Shown: positions 34,200 through 47,313 of the stretch, piece after piece
Layout of the letters: every line of letters begins with the position of its first letter
Position numbering within the stretch: the stretch's first letter is position 1
Assembly (NCBI GenBank): GCA_010093705.1
Contig: MU006095.1
Span: 868,001-932,000, forward strand
DNA length: 64,000 bases
From: Patellaria atrata CBS 101060
Lineage: Eukaryota
Reading direction: 5' to 3'
Notes under the pieces: generated by a model
What the model saw: only the letters and a program-made list of their open reading frames with translations
Told to the model about the DNA's origin: nothing
The model's database searches: none
Made by a program: the position numbers and the translations under genes

Positions 34200-36020
34200 A
34201 TGGGAGGAAGGGGTTTAGCAGGCCATTTCACTGGCAGCAAAATTCTCTTCTACGTCCTCTTTCATGGCTTTCACTGGGGACTTTTCGCATTTGGCTGGTA
34301 AGGGGACTATCATCAAAATTGGAACCACATAATCGGACTCTAACAGTTGCGCGCATAGGTATAAGCAAGCAGCCGATGAGAGACTAGCAATTCTTAATGG
34401 ATTAAGATTTTCCGTCTGGTTTTCTCGTGGTGCTGGTCTCGTTCTCAGTGTCGATGTTCTCCTCATTCTCCTGCCTATGTGCAGAACGATAATCCGTGTA
34501 ATACGGCCCAAGATTCGATGGTTACCACTTGACGAGACTCAATGGTTCCATCGACAAGTCGCTTATTCTATGCTATGGTGGACAATTGTACACACATCCA
34601 GTCATTATGTCAAGTACGTATTTTCGCCCTAGAGTTTGCGAATCAAGAAGACTAACCGAACCAGCTTCTTCAATGTAGAACTATTCCAAGCCCGTCCAGA
34701 ACTAGCGGTTCAAATCCATTATACCCAACCAGGTGGCATCACCGGTCATATTATGCTCCTATGCATGCTTCTCATGTACACCACTGCTCATCACAGGATA
34801 CGACAGCAATCTTTCGAAACCTTTTGGTATACCCATCATCTATTCATCCCCTTCTTGCTCGGAATGTACACGCATGCCGTCGGTTGCTTCGTCCGAGATT
34901 CCGAGACTACCTCCCCTTACTCCCCCTTCGCCGGTGAACTCTTCTGGAAGCACTGTATCGGATACCAAGGCTGGCGTTGGGAACTTTTCGGTGGAGGGTT
35001 CTACCTCATCGAGCGCCTCTACCGTGAAGTCCGCGCACGCCGCGAGACAGAAATCGTCAAGGTCGTCCGTCATCCATACGGTAAGTTTCCTACCCCCTAA
35101 ACTATCACGTGACCGAACACTAACCCAACCTCCCAGATGCCGTCGAAATCCAATTCCGCAAACCATCAATGAAATACAAAGCCGGCCAATGGCTCTTCCT
35201 CAACGTTCCATCAGTCAGCAAACAGCAATGGCACCCCTTCACCATCACCTCCTGCCCCTACGACCCGTACATCTCCGTGCACGTCCGCCAAGTCGGCGAC
35301 TTCACGCGCTCCCTCGCCGACGCCCTCGGCGCCGGGCCCACGCAAGCCAAACTCTACGACGAACTCGACCCGATGGGCATGTACGAAGTGGCTCTCCAAC
35401 ACGGACAGAAAATGCCCGCCCTCCGCATCGACGGCCCCTACGGCGCCCCCGCCGAAGACGTCTTCGAGAACGAAATCGCGGTCCTCATCGGCACCGGCAT
35501 CGGCGTTACCCCCTGGGCCGCCATCCTCAAGAACATCTGGCACATGCGGCTCTCGCCGAACCCGCCGAAGCGCCTCCGTCGCGTCGAGTTCATCTGGGTC
35601 TGCAAGGACACCTCCTCGTTCGAGTGGTTCCAGGCGCTGCTCTCCAGCCTCGAGACCCAGTCGCAGGGTCAGGGCCCCGACGGCCAGGATTTCCTCCGCA
35701 TACACACGTACCTCACGCAAAAGGTTGACGTCAACACCGCTAACAACATCGTGCTCAATTCCGTGGGGACCGATAAGGATCCCCTCACGGAATTGAAGTC
35801 GCGGACGAATTTTGGACGGCCGGATTTCAATCGCGTGTTGACGACTATGCGCGACGGCATTATCGATCGCACGTATATGAGCGGATTGGAGAGTAGTCTC
35901 AGGACGGAGGTGGGCGTGTATTTTTGCGGACCGAGTTTAGCGGCGAGGGATATCAAGAAGGCTTGTAAGACGAGTACGTGTCAGGAGGTTAAGTTTAAGT
36001 TTTGGAAGGAGCATTTTTGA
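34200..36020 (+). CDS. noxA: NADPH oxidase catalytic subunit NoxA/Nox1 (gp91phox homologue), 3 introns
   Basis: Short N-terminus (no NoxB-type extension), SRGAG, WFHRQVAY..VH..SHY and FWYTHHLF..H heme histidines, FAD motif QWHPFTITS, IDGPYGAP, GTGIGVTP, VYFCGP and C-terminal FWKEHF. Confidence 0.95.
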
Positions 36021-36046
36021 GCTCTTCCTTTGCTTTTGGCTTTTCT

Positions 36047-36078
<32 letters not shown>

Positions 36079-36086
36079 TGTGTGTG
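36047..36086. repeat. Compound microsatellite (TC)7(TG)13 just 3' of noxA
   Basis: Directly visible. Confidence 0.9.
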
Positions 36087-36481
36087 TATGCATAGAGCGG
36101 GATTGAGGGTTTTCAGACAAACAAATCGAGATGAGGGAACTTTGTATGTAGGATAATTGGGTCTTTTTTCGTTTCTCTGTGACGGGTTGGGTTGCATCAG
36201 GAGTGTCTATATCAAGTCATAGCGTCGTGTGCTAGGTCACAGTTTGATTTTATCAAAGAAAGATGAGAGGGATGTGTTAGGGATTTGAAAGTGTTTAGTT
36301 ATATATCATGGGCAATGGAAACTTTTAGTCATAATGAAGGTGGAGCTATATATGAGATATAATAAGTTACTTCGATCGAGATCATCAGGACTCCATGTTA
36401 ATCCACCAACCGTGATATCCCGAGTAAAAGAGGGAAATCGTAGACTCCCATGTCCTCCTGCTCCATGATTTGTTACGTCTC

Positions 36482-39400
36482 TCAAACGACCTATATAATA
36501 TCGTTAGTAACAAATTCTAGGACGTAGAGGGTAAAAGACCAAACTCACCTCCGCAATAGACTGCCTCTCGATAATACTCTTCTGCCTCTCATTCCTACTA
36601 ACACGATAATAAGTATCGCTGAAATCTGCACACTGCATATGTCTCAAAAACTCCTCATCATGCGTAATAACAATAAGCTGAAAATTGCTCTGCTGCCTCC
36701 TGACCCTGATAATCTCCGCCAAGCTCTCCGCGAGCGCCTTAATATTGTCCCTGTCGAGGTTGGTGGTCGGCTCGTCGAGAGCGATGAGGCCGCAATTGAC
36801 GCCGAAGCACTCGGCAAGCGCAAGACGGATGATGATGGAGGCGAGAACTTTCTGCCCTGCCGAACACCGTCCCCGCATGTCCATCTCGGCGTCCTGTTTC
36901 ACCATGCAGACGCGGTAGTTGTAGGATTTGTTGCCCTTGACGTTTTCGTTGTCGGAGCGGATGATGATGGTATCGACGTCGGTACCCTGATATGTCTTCT
37001 TCCACAACTCCTCGATGATACGGTTGATTTCCTCCATTTTGAGACCGTGGTATCTCATAATTGCTTTGTCTAAGGCGCCGCCGTAGCGGCCGAGATCCTC
37101 GACGACGGCTTTGGTGGTTTCGACTTTGATGTGTGCTTCTCTGTACTTGTAGGCTGCATCTTGGTAGTCTGTTTCCCAGTCCTTGAGCAGACCGGCGAGT
37201 TGGTCATCTTTGGATTTGAGCGTGCCGACGGTACTTGCTTGCTCTGCGCTGAGTTTGTTCCGTTCGTTTTGCCACCTGTTTCCCTCCCTCTCGTAGCGTT
37301 CTTTATCCGCATAAGCGTTGTGTGATTCGAGCTCCTCTATCTCTCCCCTCACACTTTGCAGATTGCGGGCACCGGCACGATATCGTAGATTATCTGAAAT
37401 CTGCCGCTTCATATCTGCGGTATTGCGGAGAGTATCATCGATCTTCTTGATCTCGGCGATAACATGACGCTGCTTATCTTCTCTCTTGATCACTTCCTCT
37501 TCCAGATGTTTGATTTCCATTTCCGCATGATGAAGCTGGCTGTCACCTCCACGGCCTAAGTAACTGTTAACTTCTTGATCGGCCAATCGCAGCTGGTTCA
37601 GGCTGTCTGAGATCTTGGATGCATCTTGATTCAGCTCTCGTTGCCGATCGTTCCCGCGTTTTTCGATATCGTCATATTTTGCTTGAGCTTGAGATATCTG
37701 CGGAGCTAACGCTTGAATATCTTGATCAGCTTGCCGAATGTCTTCTCGTTGCTCTGTATTGAACGACTTTAACTCTTCCATCTGAGACATGAAGTTGGAC
37801 TTTTCCTTGAGCTTAAATATAGCTGTACTGAGCTTTGTCCTCATCTGGTTTACTTCTGCCTCCAGTTGATGAACCTGACTACGTCCACGGTCCCTCTCAT
37901 TCAGAAGCTGTGTGGTTCTTGCCTTCAACTCCCGTAATTGCTCGTTAAGTTTCTTCGAATCATTTTGGATGTCTTCGAGCCCTCTAGAGAGTCCAGTGTC
38001 TTGTCGCTTCTTAGATAGTTCCTGGATTTGTGTCTGGAGTTGATGAAGCTCAGTATGATATCTGAGAATGCTCTGAACCGTTTTTGACAGTGCTTCAATC
38101 TCTCTCTTTGCCGCTTCCTTCTCTTTGACCACTTGATCATGCTCCTCGGCTTTTCGCAAGAGATCCTCTCGCCGAGACTCGTCGTTACGACATTCCTTTT
38201 CTAGTTTCGGGATATCTTCCTCCTTGAGACGTAACCAGGTAACGTACGAAGGATTTGCTTCTCTTGCCTTGGTTAACCGTTCCTGGAAAGACTCAAGCTC
38301 ACCTTCTGGAACCTGTCTCTCAGGGCTTGATATCAGCTTCTCTAGCCGTCGAATGAAATGGGTCTTCTCCGTTTCTCCCTGGAAATGCCTCTGGCATAGC
38401 TCACAGCGGGGTTCCACTGGTTTACCCTTAACGGGTCCTCCTTTTGCTATCTTTAGATACTGTTTAAAGAACTCCTTTTCTGCGCCAAAGCCAACAGTAT
38501 CCCGTTTCACAGCGTCGAGATCCTCTTCAAACATGGCCACATCTTCTGGGTAATTGGCAGCATCTTCGTCCTCCATTACTTCCAAAATCCGTCGTTCATG
38601 TTCTTTAAGCTCCTGCTTCCTTTTCTTTAGTTCGTTTGAAGTGGATTTGATTTTGAAATTGATATGCTCAATCTCACGGTTAACTCCGTCGCGCTGGGCC
38701 TCAGATTCTTTCACTTCTCCAGACCTTTGATCTGATGCTGACTGGAAGTCTCGCTCTAAGGAGCTTAGATTCAAGTCTACACCGAGTTCCGTGGTGATTT
38801 TGGGACCGTGTGCGCCGATCATAGTATCCAGCTTCTGTTGACGATCCTTTTGCTCTTTCTGAAGAAAGTCCAATCGTGCAGTGTCACCCGCCTGGCGAGT
38901 ACCCTCGATGAGCTCAGCATCTAACCTTTCCTTTTGATCCTCAAGGGTACGTTGTTGAGAGTCCGCATCGGTGATCTTCGTATCCAAATTCGCCGCTTGA
39001 AGGTCTACCTTTGCTTTGTCAAGACGTTTCTCAACATCGTTGATACTAGACTCGAGCACAGCTTTTCCTCCTTCGTCAATATCAACCTTATCGAGTTGTG
39101 ACTGGATAGACATCATCTTCCGATCATTGGTACCGATTTGGCTCCTACTGTTTTCTTTCTTTTGTTGAAGTGCAGACTTTCGTTCATTGAACTGGTTAAG
39201 AACCTTCTGAGCTTGCTGCAGTGCTTCTTGCGTCTCCCTGCGTGCGCGTTCGAGAGCGTTGTTCTGATCGCGAGCCATCTTGCTAACTCGCTCTATGAAC
39301 TCACGAACTTCGGCATCGCCGACTTCGAGATCGTAACCGCGAATTCCGTGACGCCGAGCCGTCTCTTTCACCAAAATCTCCCGTTGCTGGACCTGACGCT

Positions 39401-40475
39401 CAAATTGGGCCTTTTCTGCTCGGAATCTTCCAACTTCACTCTGCTTGACACCAATTTCCCGTCGGGTCTGGTCAATGTCCTCCTTGATTTTTGAGTACTC
39501 TCTTCTCATCTCCTCAGCCTCGTCCTGATAATGTGAGACTCGTTCTTCATATTGGTCAAGTATCTTCTGGAGCTGCTCATCCGTGTCGGTCATCTCCTTA
39601 ATGTGATGTTTAAGCTCATCCACATTACGTGCCAGAGTCTGTTCCTCTATGCGTTTGCCTTCTAGTCGAGAGACGATCTTAGTGAACCCATCTGCATGTG
39701 CCCAAGCTTCATTGGCTTTCTGTTTCGCTTCCTCCAGGCGCTCTGCTATTTTATCGTTGTGAGCCCTGAGTTCTTCAATCTCGGCATACAGTTCATTCGA
39801 TTTCTTCTCTGCCCTGTCACCTCTATCCTTGTCCTCCTTAGCATGCTGTTCGATGATTTTGAATTTCGCTAGCTCCTCGTTCTGTTTCTTTTTGAGAACT
39901 TTGATGTTGTCTATAGCTTTGGTGTATTTTAAAGCTTCGAAGATCTCATCGAACTTCTTTTTCAATACGCCTGGTTCACTCAATGGCCATAAACTTTCAT
40001 CCTGGTGGCAAAAGATGACATTCTCGAGAATAGACTTGGAGACGCCCAAGTACTGTGGCATAATTTGATCTAGTTCAGCAACTCGGGATGATATGGCAGT
40101 GCGCTCTCCATCTTTGATCATCAACAATTGACCTTCCAGAGCCTTCTGTGCCCGGGTGGTCTTCTTTACAGTGACCTGAAGACTTCTTGTAGCAACCATT
40201 TTGGCGCCAGAGGTCGCTTTGAATGAGAGTTTTACCTGTGCGAGTACTTCTTTTTCTCCACATAGTTTAGGATCGTGAATAAAAGCACCGCCTCGTGCGC
40301 TATTAGGTGGTAATTCTCCTGTCGTGGCATATTTGAGACATTCAATGATTGTCGTTTTCCCCGACCCATTGAGGCCGACGATGAGTGTAAGTGGAGCATA
40401 GAATTGAATAGTCTCGCTCCTTTGATTGTCGAAAGAACGAACACCCAATATAGACAACTTATCGATTTTGGACAT
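36482..40475 (-). CDS. RAD50: DNA repair protein Rad50
   Basis: Start MSKIDKLSILGVRSF at 40475. Walker A GLNGSGKTT, FCHQDES, long coiled coil, Zn-hook CELC, signature CSAGQK and Walker B IALDEPTTNLD. Terminal intron 36491-36548 leaves a 9-nt last exon (V-V-stop). Confidence 0.97.
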
Positions 40476-40915
40476 CTTGAGTCCTCGAAATAGAAGGTGT
40501 AAGTCGCTGAAAAGTTGATGGAAGTTTCTCTGACTGAAAAGAAAAGTGAGAAGGAAAAGGAAGAAAGATATGGCGGGCGAAATGAAGATGAAGTTGAGAT
40601 GGGATAGAGCTGTTGCCTCACGCGAGGCTGAAAGTGGGCTGCAGCGCGAACAGATCACGTCCGTCACGTGCTGTCAGAAAGGTGATTAAAACCAATTGGG
40701 AAGGACCGAGGTCGGCTTATTATGCATTATTCTCCGCTTCTTACAAGTTGTGAATACCGATTTACTATTTCTATCACGATCGTACAATCCCTTCTAGTTC
40801 CATCCATGATTTCTGGAAGGACTTCGTTACCTTAGTCTCATATGCGCGCCGTGGCCCTTTTCATGCACGATCCGCCTGCTACTAACCGTCTTTTCCCTGA
40901 TCCGACGAACCGAAC

Positions 40916-42385
40916 ATGTCGTACGGAATTGATACCAGCGCTATAACAGTATGATTTATGGCTAAACTATAACCATCAATATCTGCTAACATCCGAAAGA
41001 TGGCAGGTCTTCCGGCCACGGGTGATCTGCAGCCTCCGATTCTGGACGGGAGCTTAAATGACCTTGGTACTCTTGATATGGACATCGACTTCTCCCAAGC
41101 TGAAGATCCCCTCTCACAACCATATCCTTCAGACATGTCGAAACAAATGTTACAGCAACCAAGCCCTGCTGGCTCTAACGATACATCCTCCGTCTCCCAG
41201 AAAAATTCCGGTATTGGCGCCGGTCCTTTACCTACCGGCTTTGGTATGCCCAGTGCCAACAATTTGGGGAGCACCTTGACAGAGTTCACAAAAAGGAGGA
41301 ACTGGTCTCAGCGCGTATTAGAAGAAATTCGTGATCTTTTGCACATTCTCACCCCTGGTGGTCAAATCCTCTACGTCTCCCCGGCATGTAAGCAGCTAAC
41401 AGGCTATGAACCGCAAGCATTGGTGGGTCAGTATATTAAGGATTACATACATCCGGAGGACCTAGGGCTTTATGTTCGGGAATTCAACGAGTCCATCGCC
41501 ACTGGTAATCCAATGCGTTTTTTCCACCGTTTCAAAAAACCAGATGGGAACTATACTATATTTGAATCGCATGGGCACCCACACTACAGTGGGGATATTC
41601 CTCGTTTCCCGCATGACAATGGGCTAAATATAAACCCAGTGTTACACGCATGTCAAGGCTTCTTCATGATGTCGCGACCGTTTCCGACCAAAAGCGCAAC
41701 GCTTCTCGATTCGTTCCTCGAACACAAGACGGAGAACATGCGCCTTCTGAAAAAGATAGCTGATCTGAAGCGCGAAGAGCAAGAAGAACAAGAAGAAGAT
41801 AACCAGACGCATTTTCAGGACAGGAGCAGTCTTCGAGACGGTATCACACCGGATACCAGAGGCTCAGTCAGCCCCAACTACGACGGCATGCCTCCTCCAG
41901 CCAAACCGGGAATATCGAACACCGCTTTAACGCGTCAGAACCTCGACGAAGCACTCGCAGCGAGCCAGCCGGACTCTATAAATGACAAAATGGCGAGATA
42001 CGAGGGCGCAACACATATTGAAACCATTGAGATGCTCACTGGTCTTCGCTATAGAGATGGTGAGCGGTCGATGGGTATATCTACAGGCGATACAAGTCCA
42101 AACTTGATAAGAGGTGATGCTGGTATTGCAATATTTGTAGACAAAGATGGTAGAAGAGAAGGCGACAAGAAGAAAAAACTCAAGGTATCGGATGAATACG
42201 TATGCACAGACTGCGGGACACTCGATTCCCCTGAGTGGAGGAAGGGCCCGAATGGTCCTAAAACTCTGTGCAATGCCTGCGGACTTCGATGGGCAAAACG
42301 AGAGAAGAAAAGACAAGGGGTTCACGGGTCAGCCTCAGGATTAGTTCCTTCAAAGCTTCAACATTCTAATTCCAATGGCAGTTAA
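40916..42385 (+). CDS. wc-2: White collar-2 (PAS plus GATA zinc finger) light-response transcription factor
   Basis: [22 protein letters not shown] domain, LLDSFLEHK, and [30 protein letters not shown]. Probable 33-nt first exon 40916-40948 with intron 40949-40999. Confidence 0.93.
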
Positions 42386-42538
42386 ACAAATCTCAAAAAT
42401 GTCAGTCCAAGATATCACATCTCTAAAGAAATGGCGTAGCGAAGATTTTGGACTCGACTCATCTAGGATTAAATCTCATTCAGACTACAAATGTTCCGAC
42501 CTTTGGGGAGCACTGCTGGATTTAAGAGTTCATCCATC

Positions 42539-43392
42539 TCAGGAACCAGCACCGTACGGCAGCTCCCTCGGCATTCCCCTCCCATCACACGTAGCAAACT
42601 TCCACCACCCCCAATTCCAGCACGTGAACACATTGCAAACTAACCACCTCATCGGTCCCGGCACGGGCGGGAACCCCTTATGCAACCCCCCCTCAAACCT
42701 CCACCTATCCAAATTGAGCAGCAACATTGGTACATCTTCGAGCAAGGACGATTCAGCAACGGACTTTTCCCCTTCTTCGTGCATGATGGTCGTCATATCT
42801 ATTTTATCACCAAAGCGCGTGAGCGAAAGGAGAGTGCTTATTTCATCCGAAAGGTGCGCTTCCATCACCTTTACGAAGGAGTCCATGATCCCGACAAGCT
42901 TCGTCCCAGAAAATTTCGAAGGCTGGCTTTGCACGGAGCGGAGGTATTCCGCGTACATCTCCAGTCCTTGATGTAGCTCAGCGTGTTGGCCTACCTCTCT
43001 CTCCATGACCCCAACTTCCCCACAATGTTCCGCTATCCTCCGGAAGAAACGCTCCTCCTCACCCCTGTGGTGATGCTCCAGATTGGTGTAGAAAAGCAGC
43101 GCGTACCCGATGAAGTTGCCGTATTCGGAGGGCGGAACGTGCTGTGCTTGCAGGTAGATGGAGTTGAAGACGCGGATGAACATGTTGTGCACGAGACACA
43201 TCGCCGTCGCCGCACGGGTGTATATATCGGCGGCCTTCGGGTGCAGGGTGTTAGAGGGTATCGAGAGTGATATGGGTGCACTGAGGGGTTGTGGAGAGAG
43301 CTGGGGAAACTCACTCTTTCCGGGTATTTCAATTGTGGTGTTGCCATTACCGGTATAGGAGTTTCCTCCCAATTATACCTTTTCCTCTCCAT
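42539..43392 (-). CDS. Hemerythrin/HHE cation-binding domain protein (intron 43235-43314)
   Basis: MCLVHNMFIRVFNSIYLQA, HHHRGEEERFF, QHAEL and HLSDEI. The first exon MERKRYNWEETPIPVMATP splices in frame. Confidence 0.85.
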
Positions 43393-44202
43393 ATTGCTCT
43401 TCTCGTAGTCCCAGGAGTAGTCTATCAACTACCGCAGAGCTTTCTACTCAAGTTGAGCTTCGGAACTTTACACGCAAAAGCCGCTTCGGCGGAACAGATA
43501 TCGAAAAGCAGAATAAGTTAGATTTCTACTCGATCTCAAGTGGGGTATTTAATGTAACATAGCTATAGATATAGCTTACATGACTTCAGCCTCGATCAAA
43601 CACAAACGCTCGGCAGGAGCTGTTGCGTGGTGTCGATCCTTCCAGGATAGCTATCATCGGCTTATGTCGGTGATTACACTGGTGACACGCCAACGTAGCG
43701 AACAGCTTTATCAGAAATCCTCATGCTGCTATTGGGTATGAGGGGCGAGGTAAGACAGGGTGTGTTGCACGTGTCTGGGGTGGAACAAAAGGAAGGATGA
43801 GGTGGTCCGTGGCTGGGGGCCGTGGAATTTCAAAAGTCGAGGATGTAGTTCTGAGGTGGAGATATTGTATTGTGCTCTGCATATTTTCAAATGCAAAAGA
43901 CATGTAGACACGCTAAGTCTCCTAATCCGATTGGTTGCGAGATCCTATCTATCAAAGAGTTCTATTTTTACATCTATGCTATGCTATAGTACTGTACTAT
44001 TAACGCGACGCCGTCGTACATCCAAGCCTTGGAATACCTACAACATCCCTTTTTGATAGATTCGAGGTTTTTGTTGTCGTCATGGGCTCTACCAGAAGAA
44101 CTAGATAATCACACCCTCTAAACAGAAGCTCTATCCTCATCTTTCGGAGTAGCTCGGAGTATATCGGGTTTCTCTTTAACGAATACCGTCCTACATGGAC
44201 TT

Positions 44203-44296
44203 ATCTTGAGTGTAGAACTCCTCTTAAGTGTAGAACTCCTCTTGAGTGCTCTCCTCTTGAGTAGACTCCTCTCGAGTGGCCTCCTCTTCAGTGTAA
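44203..44296. repeat. Degenerate 15/18-bp tandem repeat overlapping the PXA1 stop codon (encodes EESTQ-like units)
   Basis: CTCTTGAGTGTAGAACTC-like units visible; translation EEATREESTQEESTQEEFYT. Confidence 0.75.
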
Positions 44297-46752
44297 ACAG
44301 GTGGTGGAAGCTCCTCCCCATCAACCCACGCTTTATTGAGTTCGTCGTCAATTTCCTGCTTCCGCCGCTTCCACTCTTCAACCTGTGCGAGGCGCTGTCG
44401 TAGTTCCGCCAACTCCTTCTCAACGCTTGACTTTTCTCTTTCGGTGCCAATGCGTTGGAACTCCCACCCGTCACCTTCTTCACCCATACCTAAAGTGAGG
44501 GTGAAGGTGTGATAGCGTCTCAGAGATGCGCGGGTTGAAATGGTAATGAGTGCTAAAGACCGTTAGTATACGCCATCATTAAAAAGGCTGTTAGTGTACG
44601 ACTCACTTATCCCCTTGGCCTTGCAATTCTCATACAAGAGACCTTCTACATCGCTGCTAACCGCACTTGTGCCCTCATCGATAAACGCATATCTCGGCTC
44701 ATGATATAAGAGTCTTGCGATACCCATTCTTTGCTTCTCACCACCGCTCAGGACGTCTTTCCAATCCTTTCGCGTATCCCATCCACCTTCACGGTCTGGG
44801 AGATATCCGAGTCGAGCTTCTTCAAGTATCTTACTCAGTTCAATATCGCGACGGCCTGCGTCTTTCATATCCAGCTCCGTATGCGGGTATATGACCTGGT
44901 CTCTTAGTGTCCCGGTGCTAAGATACGATCGTTGTGGTAGGAACATGATACCGTCTGTTCCAATAGTGCGAGGGCGACTGACTAGACCGCGGTAAACTGG
45001 CCATAAGCCGGCAAGTATGCGTGATACGGCACTTTTACCTACTCCGTTTGGACCAGTAATCAGGAGATGTTCTCCGGAATGCACGACGAACGATAGAGAC
45101 TCGATCAACTCGTCCCCTCCCATAGGATAAAGGGATGGTGCAACTACAGGCACATGTTCAAGTCGTACGCCGTCGAAGCCTTTATGAACGGTACCCTGAA
45201 CATCAGAAAGCGAGAACAGTTCCGGTCTTGTTCCTGGTGCCGGTACATACGCGTCTGCATGCACGCGATGAAGCGTACTGATAAGCGTGTAAACGCGTGA
45301 TGTGTACCCCGCGAGCTCAGAGAGATCTTTGATAGAATACATCATCCTTCCTCCCGCATCCGCTAACGACAGCATCAGTCGCTTGTTAGTGATGAATTCC
45401 TTCATCCGGCTCCGCTCGCGGCCCCCTTTCTCGGCAATCTCAACGAGCTCGCCAACGCCACCGAGACCTCCCCATGCAGGTAAGTATACAGGGAGGGAAG
45501 TGATTAGATAACCGAATGCCGACCAGGAGTACTTCAATACAAAGTCCTCAAGCATGTTATATCGGATCTTGAGGCTGTAGATACCCTCCATCCATCCTTT
45601 GAGCTCTCGGAAGCCTTTGTCTAAGAAGGTTCTCTCCATTTGGTCGCCGCCGTAGAAAGCAACTTCTTCGGCATTTGCGATTAGTCGCGAATGTAGGTAC
45701 CTGAAATCTCCTTCTTTGCGACCTTCTACTGCTTTCAACTTTCCAAAGGGAGGAGATAGCCTTCGAAGAATGGCAGCGGTTAAGAAGTAGTTAGCTAGAA
45801 GACCACTCAACGCAATGGGACCTAGTGATCGGAACAGTTGATAGTTGAAAACGCAGAGATCCACGAATGGTTTTCCAAGTGACGAATATAACGAGGCGGC
45901 TGATGCGCAGAAGAGCGTAAGATCTTGTGTGATGAACTGATCGGCACCTTGCCCAACTCCACCATCCAGGTTGGACAGCTTGTAATAGTTCAGATTCTCG
46001 TTTAGGTACAGATCGTGTATGTACCTGGTGAGTCTGGTTCTGAAGGCGATTGATACCTTCGATTGCAGGAATTTTATCATGGCATTCGTATAGGAGGCAA
46101 GACTCCCTACTCCTAGCCATTTGAGTATGCCTAGCAAAAATGCTCTTCCATTTCCTGCAACCAGATCCCGCACGATTTCACCATCAAGTCTGGCGACGAC
46201 CAGTGACAGATATGTTCGCAGCATCAGGAACATGCCATGACTCAATAGCAAGCCCGTTTCTTTGCTACTCCAACGCGGTATCATAATGTTTAATAAACTC
46301 AGGAACTGGTGGAGAAAGGCTAGGTTGAGACCCGGCTTTGTCTGTGGCGGCGGTACCTGCGGCATATACCCATCGCTGAGACCAGAAGCACGCGGTGGTT
46401 GTAGGAACAACCGCCTGTGCGCATCGAAAGTCGTAGGTTTGGTAGCATATATCGTTACTTTCGACGTAGAGTCCTTGTACGGTACGTATATCGTCCTGGA
46501 TCCATCTTTCCCCTTCAATCCCGAATTTCGCCGCAGTAACCGCCTCCCTGTCTCTTTCTCAGCTTTCCTTCTCTTCCACCAGCTATGTCCGCCATATCCA
46601 GATGCGATGATTGAGAGTGTGAGGGCAAGGGTGCTTAGAAGTTTCGTTGATCTTGAGGTACGTTGGAATCGGGTCTTGAGTACATCCAAGTATCGATTAT
46701 AGAGTAGAAGGAGTGGGTCTTCACCGTGTCGAAGAGAAGACTGCGCAGCCAT
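44224..46752 (-). CDS. PXA1: Peroxisomal ABCD half-transporter (Pxa1-like), intron about 44553-44607
   Basis: EAA-like NAEEVAFYGG, Walker A GPNGVGKS, LPQRSYL, signature LSGGEKQR and Walker B IDEGTSAVS. PXA1 rather than PXA2 is inferred from the N-terminus. Confidence 0.9.
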
Positions 46753-47313
46753 CACTCAACCCATAGCGTATATGCGACTAGGTTTACGATTTATAGTATT
46801 CCAAAGAGGCTCACGGGAGCACGAGGAAGTGTATGTGTTTTTGGACGTCTTGTTCACTTGACATCATGAACCTCGGCCTAACAACATGTGAATCCACACT
46901 TCAACTCTACAAAAGCACGGACTATATATTGCCACATGTCAACGTTGTACATAAAAACTATTATTATTCACTAAGTCAGTTTGTATCATTTCATTCGATG
47001 AATATAAGCACAGTATCATGACGCACTGAATGCAAAAGTTGACAAGGCACGCTTTTTGGCGCTAAACAATGAACCACCGGTTTATATATCAATCTAATTT
47101 AGGTAGGAATGAAGTAACAATCACACATCTATCTAAATTCAAAACAGCATGATGGTACCCGTGCTACTCTCAGGCAAGGAGAACTTTACAGAAAAACAGT
47201 AGTCACAGACCATTGATCCACATATCATAAAGAAGAGCAAATGCTGTGCGGCAAGGTACCAGTCTACTCCGTAGACATATGAGAAGCACGCTTCATAGCA
47301 GTCTTAAACCCTC

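Noticed and set aside
40476..40667. N-terminal 64-aa extension of Rad50 in the ORF track
   Set aside because: It begins at a non-ATG codon; the conserved Rad50 start is MSKIDKLSI at 40475.
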